Of a DNA stretch of 64,000 nucleotides, positions 34,839 to 47,200 are shown in pieces. This stretch comes from Asterias rubens (Eukaryota). Made by a program: the position numbers and the translations under genes. The first letter of the stretch is position 1; each line of letters begins with the position of its first letter. The stretch lies in assembly GCF_902459465.1 (NCBI RefSeq), contig NC_047072.1, forward strand, positions 14,818,001 through 14,882,000, given 5' to 3'. A model generated the notes under the pieces. The model was given only the letters and a program-made list of their open reading frames with translations. It ran no database searches and was not told the DNA's origin.

Positions 34839-35280
34839 TTTAATTGGAAATTATTAGAAAACTTCTAGTAGGCTAATGGTAATTATTGGCGAGTCTAAAA
34901 TGGGTGCTATGTAAGGTGCTGCTATTCCTGCTGCAGAGTTCTCCTTTTATTTTTTAACAATCGCCAACCCGTAATCCAAGTCGACGATGTTTATATTGTT
35001 GCCATGGATGATTGAACACAAGAGGGCGCTGCTAAAAATTATCGTATGCCTGCGCAGCCGCACACGAAAATAAAAGGTACTGCTGTTTTTATTATCGTCT
35101 GCGAGTTCGAGTCAGTCGGCCCCTAGCGGGCAGCAGACGATAAACGGCAAACTGTGCTTGGCAACAACTTTATGAGCAACAACATGGCAGCTTTTTGAGA
35201 AACTTCTCAGCGAAACGTCAACTTAATTTCCCCCAAAAAGTTTTTTTTTAGAGCTTAGTTTGTTAGTTTTTGTGTTCAAT
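34839..35280. promoter_or_regulatory. Bidirectional promoter of DNAJB13 and CFAP47 with RFX- and Forkhead-like sites
   Basis: 442 bp between the divergent ATGs; CpG-rich. GTTGCCATGG at 34998-35007 (X-box-like), TGTTTAT at ~34988-34994, TGCTTGGCAAC at 35155-35165. Confidence 0.7.
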
Positions 35281-38200
35281 ATGGCAGGAGACATATCAGG
35301 GGTACGAATTATTCCTCCAGTGATTGAGTTTATGGATGCAGAAGCCAACGTCGTCCACGCTCAAACTGTCACGGTGCAAAACATCAGCAAGTGCAGCAAG
35401 CAAATAAAGTTCCACGGACCAAATACAAATGTAAGCGAACTCGGGTACAAAATTTTAAAACCATTATTTTCGAAACGAATTGTTACTCGAAAATACATTT
35501 TGCATGTCGTTCATTTTTTTTTACAAGGAAAGCCTACTTATTGTCTTTTCTTTTTTATTCATGTTATTGTTACTCAGCTGGTCAGGCCTATTCCATCTTC
35601 ATGATCATGATGATGCAGCTAATTTCCTTGAAAAATTTTTTGACTTTCAGTTTGATAGATTTTTTAATTATTTTTATATATATATATATTATTATTATTA
35701 TTATTATTATTTTTTTTTTTTTGGGGGGGGGGGGCTGAGTTAAAGCGCTTGCAAAACCCTTTCAAATGTAACTTTTAATAGGCCTACCAATTGTTCAATT
35801 TCAACCCCAACAACAAATTATTTCTTTTTCAATTTACCAACCACCAAAGGAGAATTAATAAATATCCTACACTGTCCTAGTAGCCTAGTAGTACTAGTAG
35901 TAGTAGTAGCTATGTTGTAGTAGAAAATAAAGGCATACAATTTTGTTTGTGGAAATAGCCTACTAGTACTACGTACTAGTATACTATTTGATAGTTTTTA
36001 GTTGTCCTTTTTTAAAATGACCACCACCGAAACATGAACAGACCAATGTGTTGGAGTGATTAACTATTAAATTTAATGTTTTTCTTTACATAGGGAACTT
36101 ACTTTTGCTGAAATTACATCCGAACTTGATAATTATTTAATAGGCTTAACACAAGTTTCTGAATCCTGTTTTTTAAAAGAAACCACATTATTGAACTGCA
36201 CAGAAGAGGTGGGTTCAATTCAAATGACAACAAAGGCTTGTTTCAAGACTACAATAGGAGACATCTAACTGGGGTCTAGATGCCATAATGCAGGGCTTTG
36301 GATAATTAAATTGTAAAACCACAATTGATGTCTAAGGGGATTAACAATAGATGCAAAACATGGTGTAAAATACCCACTAGACCTGTAAACTTCTGCAGTC
36401 TAGCAGTCTAGTATATTTTCAGATATCAATATAAAATATTTTCAAATACATATTTTTGAAGACCTTAAGTGTTACCTTTAAAGTTTAATGCAAGCCTCAT
36501 AAAAGTTCATTAGATATATAAACAAAATGTTAATATTTAGGAAAAGATTTGTATGGTCCAGTAAACATTCTGAGTTGACCTACCATTACAGTAAAAGTTT
36601 CTGAACTACATGACCTGTGGTGTAGTGGAGAAAGTCAAGCTCTAGCAAACATTCAAATTTGTGTTTATGAGTAAAGAGAATGACGGTGCATTTATAATAA
36701 TAATAATGAACAGTTTTTGTATTGCGCACAGTTACAATTAAGTCTCAAAGCGTTTGATGTACTGTTCTCATTTAAACTCTCAAGTTGCAGATGCAATCAA
36801 AGATTATTATATCATTGGAAAAAGAAGCATCAGATCTTTTCAATTGATGGAAATGCATTAGGGTTGCTGTTAATGATGCTTATCAATCTTGTTTTTAACA
36901 TTTTCTCTAATACATGTAGTTTGACTAATTTGAATGTGTAACCAAAGCTATAGGAAAATAGAGACTGAAACCAAACACTTTCCCTCCCTCTACAGTTAAA
37001 CATGAAAAACTATACACTGCCCACAATATCTTTTACAGAAATTCAAGTTGATTGTGAAGAACCCAGACAGACCAGTAGCACCAGGCCTGGAGGTGACAGC
37101 TACTGTTGAATTCTTCACTGAAGAACCTCAGGATTGCCAGGATGGCCTCATCCTTCTTGTAGATGAAGATGTAGTTGAGATACCCCTCTGTGTGTAAGTA
37201 ACCATTGCCAAACTGTGTGAGCTCCCTTAGTGTTAGTGAATCTAACCCAATCCATGTTCAATGCTGTTTGTTATAATTAGCTGTGTGATTAGTGGTGTGA
37301 TCTGACATTCAGCTGACAAAAAGCCATTTTAAGATGCGGTGGACACAATACTAGACATGGTTAGGTTTGGGTAAATTTGTCTGTAGACGCTCAAACCAAA
37401 CAGTGCACTCCTATAATGGCCACCATACGTCAAACCTCTAAAAGGCTAATGTACATTTTCCTCTGTTGGATTACGTTTTAAATTGTTTGAATCATTTATA
37501 ACTATTGTGGTTAATCCTTCCCACATTGTAAAAAGGACGCAACTTCAGAAGAATAACCTCACGGTATCATATTTTTAACTCATAATAGTTTTTAAATAAA
37601 TTCTTTTAGAATATAATGGGTAGTTTTTATTATTATTTAAAGTAACTAAGTACATTCCATTATGCCATCTTCATTCCTGCTGAAATGTAACTTGATTACA
37701 CTAGCAGACCTGTAAACAAAACATTAAAAATGAAGCAGTCAGTGATAAGTCATTTAAAAATTCATCTCTAGTTGACATTTCATTTTTTTTTACAAATATT
37801 TGCAATGTTTTAATTTTTTTGTTCAACAGCTACAGCCCACAACCCCTTCTTGACTTGGAAGGGCCAGCCAATTTTGGCACAGTAGTTCGTAATAGCAAAG
37901 TACTTTCTACTCAAGTTTCTCTGTATAACCATGGCTCCTTGCCAGGGAACTTCAACATTAACTACACTGGTCTTCAACCAATCACCATCTTCCCTACAAC
38001 TGGTACCCTGAAGCCCAAGACTGCACAGGTCATTAAGGTAGGTTTGTTAAACATCACATTTAATTCAAAGCACGTCGGCTTTAAGTGGTCGCCTCATAGC
38101 AATGAAAATGACGTCGGATAGGACCACTTTGCCCTCAATAAGCCTTTTTGAGGTATGGCGGACACAATGCTACAACACTGTAAAGTTGTGGTAAATTTGT

Positions 38201-41200
38201 GCGTATTGACCATAGAAATAGAACGTATGTTATTCAGTGAAGTGCGCATTTTAGGCGACGCGGCGTTTACACGTAAACCTAATGACCACCAACATGGTGA
38301 GCGTGGCATCAGTCGCGGCGTGTGACACGCGCGTATCACGTCCGCCATACCTCAAAAAGGCTTATAGCCTGACTTTCTCTTCCCTTAACCGTCCTTTATT
38401 TGGCATCTGCAAACAACAGATGCAGTCTGACCTCCATCGAGGGGAGGAGGGACGATTGTCGAATGTTCAATCACAGCGAAGTCTTCCTTGATTGACGCCA
38501 CAAAAAGGGATGGACGGAGTCACCTCCAAACAACTTTGTCTGTTTTTTTTAACATATAATTCCTGGCAAACAAATACTCTAACAATTTTTTTTTTTTTTA
38601 ATAAACATATACTTTTGTGTTTAAAAAGAAGAAAAAAATTCTATTTGCAATTGTGTCTTTAACACTGTATTTTGTCTCTTTTATAGGTTGAGTTTGTAAC
38701 TAAAAATGCTGGAGTTTTGAATGAAGAAGTGCCGTAAGTGCAGATGTTTATTTTGGTTTCTTTTTAGAAATTGTTTAAAAAACCTTTGTGAAGCTGTTAT
38801 ACTAAAAACAAAACAAAAACAAATGTTACGTCTGTGTATAAATTTGTGGATTTTTCCATCAGCATTTGCTTTGAAAGTATTGGTTTCAAAAGTTGGCCCG
38901 GAACAAAAAAAACTTCTGTTCAAAATTAACTGTGAACTGTTAAGTTAGCAAGTGTTTCGACCCATGCTCATCATTCATTGTTGGCAGCATTGCCTTTTTT
39001 TAAATTAACATACCTCTTCTCCCCGTCTCTCCCCATAGGGTTCAACTGGAAGCCCAGCAGCCAGCCACCCTTCAGATTCAAGCCAACGTTGTTGAGCGTT
39101 GCCTTGAGCTATACGCTCCTGAATCTGAGGATCAGATTGACTGCATTCAATTTGGCTGTACATACTATGGCACAGATAAGACCCAGTTTGCTATGCTTTA
39201 TAATAATGGCCCTGATCCAGTCAGCTTTGTCACAGTACTGGAGGAAGATGCTGAAGGCATGGAAAGTGTAAGTATTTTTTAAACACTAAGTAATTATCCC
39301 ATTTGCTTAGATGTTCTGTTAAACGTGACGTGTCTTGGCCGAGCGGTTAAGAGCGCTGGACTGGAGCTTGTGTGTTTCCCTGAGCAAGATATTTACTGTT
39401 ATTGCTTTGTCCTTCAGATGGTAAATTAAGCAGTGGGTCCACTGTACTAGGATTGGTAGTGCACATAAAAGAAACTAGAATACTTATCGTGAAAAAAGTA
39501 GGGGTTAACCCCAATGTTTCTGGTCAGAAAGCACCCATGTTTACAGGAATCCTCTGGCTTGCTAGCTACAGTGATTAATTTTACTTATGAGGCATCCTTG
39601 ATATTATTAACAGAAATATATACATGTAATAAAAAAATAAAAACACTAATCGGTTTGTAGCAGTGTTTTTTTACATAATGGAACATTTTTAGTCTTCTTG
39701 AAGCTTTTGCAGTCGCATTTCTAAATTTTGCTCCATTTATGTAATTTCTTCTATCCAGGGAACTGACTTCACCAAGTCAACAGTTGCAACGCTTGCTACC
39801 AAGGACATGGATAGAGTACGCACTAGCACAAATGAACTGACCTCAATGGTCACAGCCATCCCTTCCCAGGGAAAGCTGGCACCCTATCAGCGTGCTCCAG
39901 TTTTCTTCCGTTTTAGCCCCCGCTACAACTCGGCTAGACAGGGTTGGAAAGGGACAGCCACTCCTCCTCCCAGGCAAGACTTTGCTTTGTTCATGCAAAT
40001 TGTTGTGATTGGAAGCAGCAAGGGGTTTGGCACCGACAAAGAAGGTGGAAAGCAGAATGGCAATGAAGGTATAGTTCTTACTGTTTTGACCAGAATAAGT
40101 ATACTTATTTTCATGTTGTTCCTCCTTTTAAAGTGAAACTTTGCCTCAAGTTTTGTTTAAGGCATTTCTTTGTGTTTTTTCGACAACTTAATTTTTTCTT
40201 ACAATTTTCCCCTTTAGGTACTAAGGTAGAAGTTGCCCTTACTGGCACAGCCCTCCCTGTTCTGCTCAGCCTCTCTCCAACTAAACACTTTGACTTCGGT
40301 GATTGCCCAGTTGGTGAGCATGTTGACACCCTATGCACCCTCCGTAATGATGCCACCCACCTCCCAGTTTCTTTCATCTGCAAACAAGTGGCTCAGTTCT
40401 GTATTTATCCATCATTTGGGAAGTTGAAACCAGGCGAGTCTCAAGACCTTATCTTCTCCTTTAAGCCTAACCAGTATGGCTCCTTCAAGAAGATCCAAGT
40501 GATGGATGTGTTAGGATCAGTAGCCGATGAAGGAGATGAGGCCAATCCAATGGCTACACACCTGGAAGCAATCTATGCCTTACACATATCACTGCATGGA
40601 CTAAGTAATGCTGAATCAAAGAAGAGAGAACCTAAATTCAACCCAGGTAAATAATTTTTGTTTGACTGCTGCACACATCATTACAAAAAGAAATTAAATG
40701 TAATCTCTTGTCATTTGTTATTATGAGATATCACCTAACATCACAAGGCCGGATCAAATAGTTTGTTTCAGGTTGGTATGTTAATAATAATATAATATCA
40801 AAGTCTTATATAGCGCACGTATCTACCAAACAAGGTACTCAAGGTGCTGAGTGTAAACTTTCAGAAAGATAGGTAACTGCACTGATGAATTTTGAGACCC
40901 AATTATTAAGCCTGAAGAGAAAAGGGAACCATGCATTGAGAAAAGCTAATTGATCAATTACACTTAGATTTTGTACTTGCTGTTTCATTGTTGTGTGTTT
41001 TCTTTGATTACAAACCCATTCCCACCTCAGGTATTACTCCTCGTGTTGTTGGTGAGGTTGGTCAGTTCGTTGATGTCACTGTTGATAATGCTAAGACTTT
41101 TGAGCCCAGAGCAGCTATGGTTGGAGCACCAAAGACTAAGGGACTTCATGCAACTAAGTCTGCAGGCCATGTTCCAGACAGTAGAGCTCTAGTAGCATAC

Positions 41201-44200
41201 CCTAATGACCGAGCTCGAAGCATCAGGCCTAGCTACAGACGAGATCAGTACAAGTAAGTCTTATGCAAGATTCTTTTCTTGCATTTCTTTATCTGTTGTT
41301 TTCTTAGTGCTTGCCAACATAGACTAAAAGATTTGTGTTTTGGATTGATAATATGAGGTGTTGTAGGATCTTTTGAAACTTCTCAATAATTCCAAACAAG
41401 GAACAAACAACACTGATTATTCTGCAACCATCTTGGTCAAACAATCCCTGTATATGACAGGTTGTACAAAAATATACCAGACAGTTTGCCCTTCCAGCCT
41501 AGGTTTGGTTACATTAATTTTAATGGGAAAGAATCAAGATAACTGCATCATGTTAACAGTCTATTGCACAATCATAAATGCCTGGTTCATTCTTCAATCA
41601 AATTGCTAACCAAACGAATTTCATTGCGTCACTTACTTGATTGTTTGCGTCACAATACTCGCTTCTTATTCACTTTCGAAGTATGAACTTGGCTGAAGAC
41701 TTATAATTCATGATTGATTGCTTTGTAAGTGTTGTTTGAAGCTTTGCATGGTGTGGACAAATGATGTGTTTATGACTGTGTTTGTGTCTACCACCACAGG
41801 ACTATCTTCACCAAGACAGAGCGCCACACCTATGTTGATCCAGACTATGCATATGATGATAATGAACTTGCTGCTATACAGAAACACAAGAACAAGTATC
41901 ACAACTACCTGAGAGAGAGTCGACAACACAGGATTGGAAAGACAAAAGCCAAGTAAGAATTCTGTTGAACTTAAAAGTTTTGTACAAGAAAATAACTTCA
42001 AAAGATTTCAATATTTGTCATGAAAACTTGTTAAGTACCCAATATGTAGGCTTTAAATTACACAAGTGCCAATGATTGCATTCTTTGTCAAGGTCATGAC
42101 GAGCTCCTTTTAAAAAAATCCTTTGGATGTCGGGTTATTCTTATCTAATGGAAGTTATTTTAACCTAAGTTACATTTACAGATGATCTTTATTTGCACAA
42201 ACTTCTTGATTAGCCTTCAGAGTGCAAAAAGTTTCACAAAACGGTACATCAAATGTTAAAAGATTAATTTCTTAAAATTTTCAGATGGCAGAGAGAACAA
42301 GAAATAGCTCGTTGCAGGTTGATAATACATTCAAAATTTTGCATTGTAGCCCATTGTTCACATTTCTCATCATGATTTATTCTTTATCATCCACAAAAAT
42401 GTGCCAAGAAGATTCATAAATTTGATAGCACATTGTGTACATCTGCTTCTAAATTGTTACTGTTGTACATGCCAATTGTAAGCAGAAGAAACAAAAGCAT
42501 CTGCACTTGTATTGCAGATCTTCAGTTAATGCGTATCATTAGAAATTCATGACAAAGTCGTTCTTCATTTATTCAAAGCCAACTTTTTCTCCATTACAGC
42601 CGGTCATGTCTGACCTAAAAACCATTTGTGTATCACTTTTAATAGATACATGCATAGAAATCAACATATTTTCCCCCTTCAGCACTGAACACTTGTTTTT
42701 TGAATCAAAATCATGTTTCTATTTGCCAAAATATTTTAAAATTGCCAATCTTTATCTTTGTACTTGCTCATAATGTTTCTTAGTCTTATTCATCTAGCTA
42801 TGTTTTTTTCTTCAAGGAAACTTGTTTTCTCATCCATTTTTTTCCATGCTCCAAACTTTATCCAAAGCTTGTCACCATTTATATACTCAAAGTCATCTGC
42901 CTCATCCATGACAGCCAATCATGGTCTGTTCTGAAAACCATTTGTCCATTACTTTAGATGCATTTAGAAAACACCATGTTATAGAGGGTTGGAAAATACA
43001 TAGCCAGAAACCAAAGCTTTTATTAATTGTCTTTATAATGTATTCCCAGGGAGTTTGCAGAACTGGATAATGACAAAAATATTGGTCTCAAGCCAGCGTC
43101 AGGATTGAGGCCTCCTAAACTCAAAGTAGATGAAGTCAAACCACCGACAAAAAGTAAGTGTGACTTATGACTTTTGCCTAATTCCTGTTTTGACTCTACT
43201 TGCACCACAATACTTAAGTGTACAAACATTGACTGCTTCGGGTGCTATGGTTAAAGCTATGACTCCTGAGGTGAACCCTGGAGCGTTCTACTTTCCCAAG
43301 GCTTGGTATTCGCACTCATCTTTGAGAACTAAAACACAAAGATGCACAACTGATAATAATAGCAAAAACTAAAAAACTGTCATGAAATCTGAACTGATGA
43401 GATCAAGAAAGGCAAAATAGACATCTAGTTATCATGGAGCTGCCATTGCTGTGGGTATAGTGCATTGGTTGCTATTGATATGGTACATTGGTGGCTATGG
43501 GTATAGTAAAATGATTGCTATTGGTTTAGTGCGTTCCGATCTCACTGCCTTATAGTAAAATTAAGACCTGTTATGTGATTGCGACCTACTAGAATCTTGG
43601 TATTGCCTTTAGCAAAATTTAACTTGTAAATTTAAAAAAAATTGTTTTATTGATTGTTATTAAAAAATACTATTGGACAAAAATCGTCTTGGACTAAATC
43701 TTAAGAGAATAAGAGGTCCATAAATACATTGCCTTGAATGAAAGCATTTAGTAAGAATTATACTATTTAATGTTTGAACTCAACAGCACCAAGTCCAAGA
43801 GACAAAAATCGCAGAATGTTGAGCTCCAAGCATTTAGCAGAGAAAGAGCTGAACTCGACATCTCGTCCAATTAGTCGTGGACTTAATGCAATCCCGATGA
43901 CGTCTCAGGAGAAGGCTGACTGTAAGAAGATCCTGACTCCTCAACAACTACACCAGGTGGTCATTGGTAAGGCTCTCTGCTATTTCATTAATCCCTGTTC
44001 TTGTGCTTAAAACTGCTGGAAAATTCATTGATGATACTTTTCCAGGAAACTGTACTTCTATTAATAGGCTTTACTTTTAAGCATCCTTGGAAGCTTTTTT
44101 AAGTAATATAAGAAACCCGTGCATTTTGTTTCACTTCTTATTTATAGCAAAATCTTTTCTCTTTTATGACTTGACTTCATTCGGCTGACGTCATTATCAC

Positions 44201-47200
44201 AATAATCTTGTTTGCGCCATTTTGCGAGTCAATGTCCCAGTGTGTTTCGCAGTGCAGTTCCCATTTTTGGCTAAGTGGTATTTACATTTGACTATAATTT
44301 GTGTGTGCAATTTGACTCCCAAGTTGGGGAGCATGGCAAACAGTTGCCATGTGAAGATGGTGCAAGGGGTCAATAGTTGAGGAGTTACTCCTTAAACAAA
44401 ACATGTTGTCTTTTACACTTTAAAATTGTGTTTTATTTACTATAGGTCCTCCCACCTTAGACTTTGGTCAAGTGTGTCTTAAATCAACAAGTGTGCAGAA
44501 ACTCAACATCATCAACAATCTTGATCAGTTCATCCATGTGGAAGTTGATGTAAGTGCATTCAAAAAGTCCAATACTAATGTGATGCTTTCTTATATAGTG
44601 ACATCCATTTTCGAAAGGAAAACGTCAACCATTCCTCAAAAGCAAACTTTGCTGTATGTTTTTAATGTTAAGGCTTGATGTTTTGCTAAAGTTCTGCATG
44701 TAAAGTATTGTTAAATGTTCACTTTGCTGTTTAGATTGATTGTCGGGAGTTGAGACAAACCAGTCCTTTGTCTCAGGTGGTTCCACCAAACTGCAAAGCA
44801 GCTCTTCCTCTCATCTTCGAATCCAACACTAAAGGACGCTTTCAGAGGTGAGTCAAAACTATAGAATCTTCTCAATTTTGTTTTTTTATTAGTTTGTTCC
44901 AAGTGATAGTGGTGACTGATCTGACACCTTTAAAGCCGTCAACCATGGTACTTTAACTTGCATCTAACCTTCATTTTTGTTGCAATGTAATTTTAAAGCT
45001 ATGTTTCTGTTTTCAGGAATGTGACATACACAGTCAATAAAATCAACAAGGAGCATGTGATAGTATATGCTGATGTAGTTACAGTAGCATTGGAGTTGTC
45101 TTCAGAGAGATTAGAGTTGCACCCAGCCCCTGGATTGCCAGCTGAAGCAGGTAGGTAGATTTGTTTAAACTATGTTGTTCAAACAAGATCTAGCTGGACT
45201 TTAAAGTTGTTAAAATGATAATTTTAAGGAAAAACAAATTAGCGTACAAAGTTCAAAATATTTAGGACTTTCTTTTATACTTACTTGACCCCATACATTT
45301 TGTATATCTGTACTTGCTCAAATTTGAAAACCTTCTTCATCAGTCCCCTAAATTACTCAAGTATATATTTAAAAATATGTATATTTTAGCAGTTTAAACT
45401 TTTGAAACTTAGAGATCTTGAAATTTAATTTGTTTGTCCTTGGTTGTCAATGTACAGGTCTACGAGATGTCATCAGTCTGCGCAATGAGCGTAACTACCC
45501 AGCAGAGTTCACCTGGCAACCTATCCTTGGTGAGAGGGGCACAGCCTTCTCTATAAGACCTGCTTCTGGTACAGTAGATCCCCTGAAGGATCTAGAGTGT
45601 GAAGTGGTATTCCATCCATCTTACCATGCTCCTGAGGATGGAGAGTTTGCTCTTCAAGTACATGGTGGGGAAACCCTGACACTCAAATGCTTTGCTGATG
45701 TAAGTAAAGATACGATTCATCTTTAAGAAGCAATGCACTGCTAATAACAGGTCATGTTTTCAAGCATAGCTTTGTAGTTGACAATTCTTAAAGTGAACAT
45801 CTCATACAGTATTAAAATTGAGAAAATAGAATTAGCTGTTGCAAACAACTTACCAACCAAATGGACCGAGAGTATAAATGCAAAAAATAGTTAATGGCCT
45901 GACGTTTCGACCCTAGCAGAGTCTTTCTCCAGGCTAAAAGAAAGCCTTCGAGAAAGACTCTGCTAGGGTCGAAACGTCAGGCCATTAACTATTTTTTGCA
46001 GTATCATAATTGAAAAAGTTGTTCAAAGTTTTTACAATTTTCTAAATTGTTCGTGTTCCACAGCTTGGTCCAACCCAGGTGATGTTCATGGAAAGACGAG
46101 TGTTGTTTGGTCAGGTCCCTCTTCATTTAACAACCTCCAGATCTGCTGTACTTCACAATGCAAGCCAGAACCATGCCTACTTCCAGGTAAAAGACTCTTC
46201 GTAGGGCAAAGTACAATATTTTTAAAATATTTTGTTTTCAGTGATAGTTTTTACCAATTTCACAGAAAACAGTACATCAGTATTTAAGAAATGTTTGACA
46301 AATAATTTGTCAAGTTTTTCATTTGTGCTGTCATTGTATTATGTGTTGTTGTATTTATCATAGGTGGTGGATCCCAATCCAGTCCCAGGCCTCAATGTTT
46401 CTCCAGTGCAGGGTGTTGTCCCAGTTGGTGGCACCACAGAGCTAGGGATATTCCTGACCCCTAGTGCTGTCATGAAGTTTGATACAAGACTAGAGGTAGC
46501 GATTAGAGGCTGGAAAACTATTGAACTTAGAATGGGCGGCACAGTGGAACCGCCAATGGTAGACATTGATGTGGTAAGTAAAGCTTTACCATTAAACCAC
46601 TCTCTTGAAATTTAAATAGACCTGTTCTATGGTTCGTTGAAAGACTGTGATCACCCGTTCCTGAAATAAATGAACTTGCGACAGTGAAACCTGACCTAAA
46701 TGCTTTTGAGTTTGTTGTTACTGATAAACATACAGTAGTTTGCAGTGTACCCGCTTGACTCCAATGTATTTGCTCGTTTTTGTTAACTGTTGATGCTTGT
46801 AATTATATAGAAATTGTGGGCATACTTTTTAGAATTCAGTTATGATCAAATACTTAAACCTATATGTAATTTGTAACAGTCAGTAATTTTGCTTGTTTAC
46901 ACACTCTTGTCTTTTTCAGCCCACATTCCAACTTGGTGGTGTCTATTGTGCTTCAAACTTGACTGTACCATTTAAGCTGATCAATAAAGCCAGAACAAGA
47001 TCAAAGGTTGTATTTGACCTGTCACGCTACAGAGATTTCTCACTCAAGTTTGATGCTGATGTCATGGAAGGTAAACCACCAGTTTCTCATAGTTATCTCT
47101 TTAAGATGTCTTTTAAAATCCCACCTCAGACTTGAGCCTTGCATGTAGAGTGGGTTTTCAGTTCCTGCCTGATTGCATGTGTTGTCCCATTGGGTTTTCC

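Noticed and set aside
35680-35735. (TA)n/(TTA)n followed by poly-T then poly-G; similar T/G or C/A runs at 23948-23980 and 52234-52252
   Set aside because: Simple microsatellite and homopolymer runs with no further shared structure.
43130-43372. 80-aa ORF after CFAP47 exon 10
   Set aside because: Crosses the exon 10 donor in a different frame, and no phase-compatible splice sites were found.
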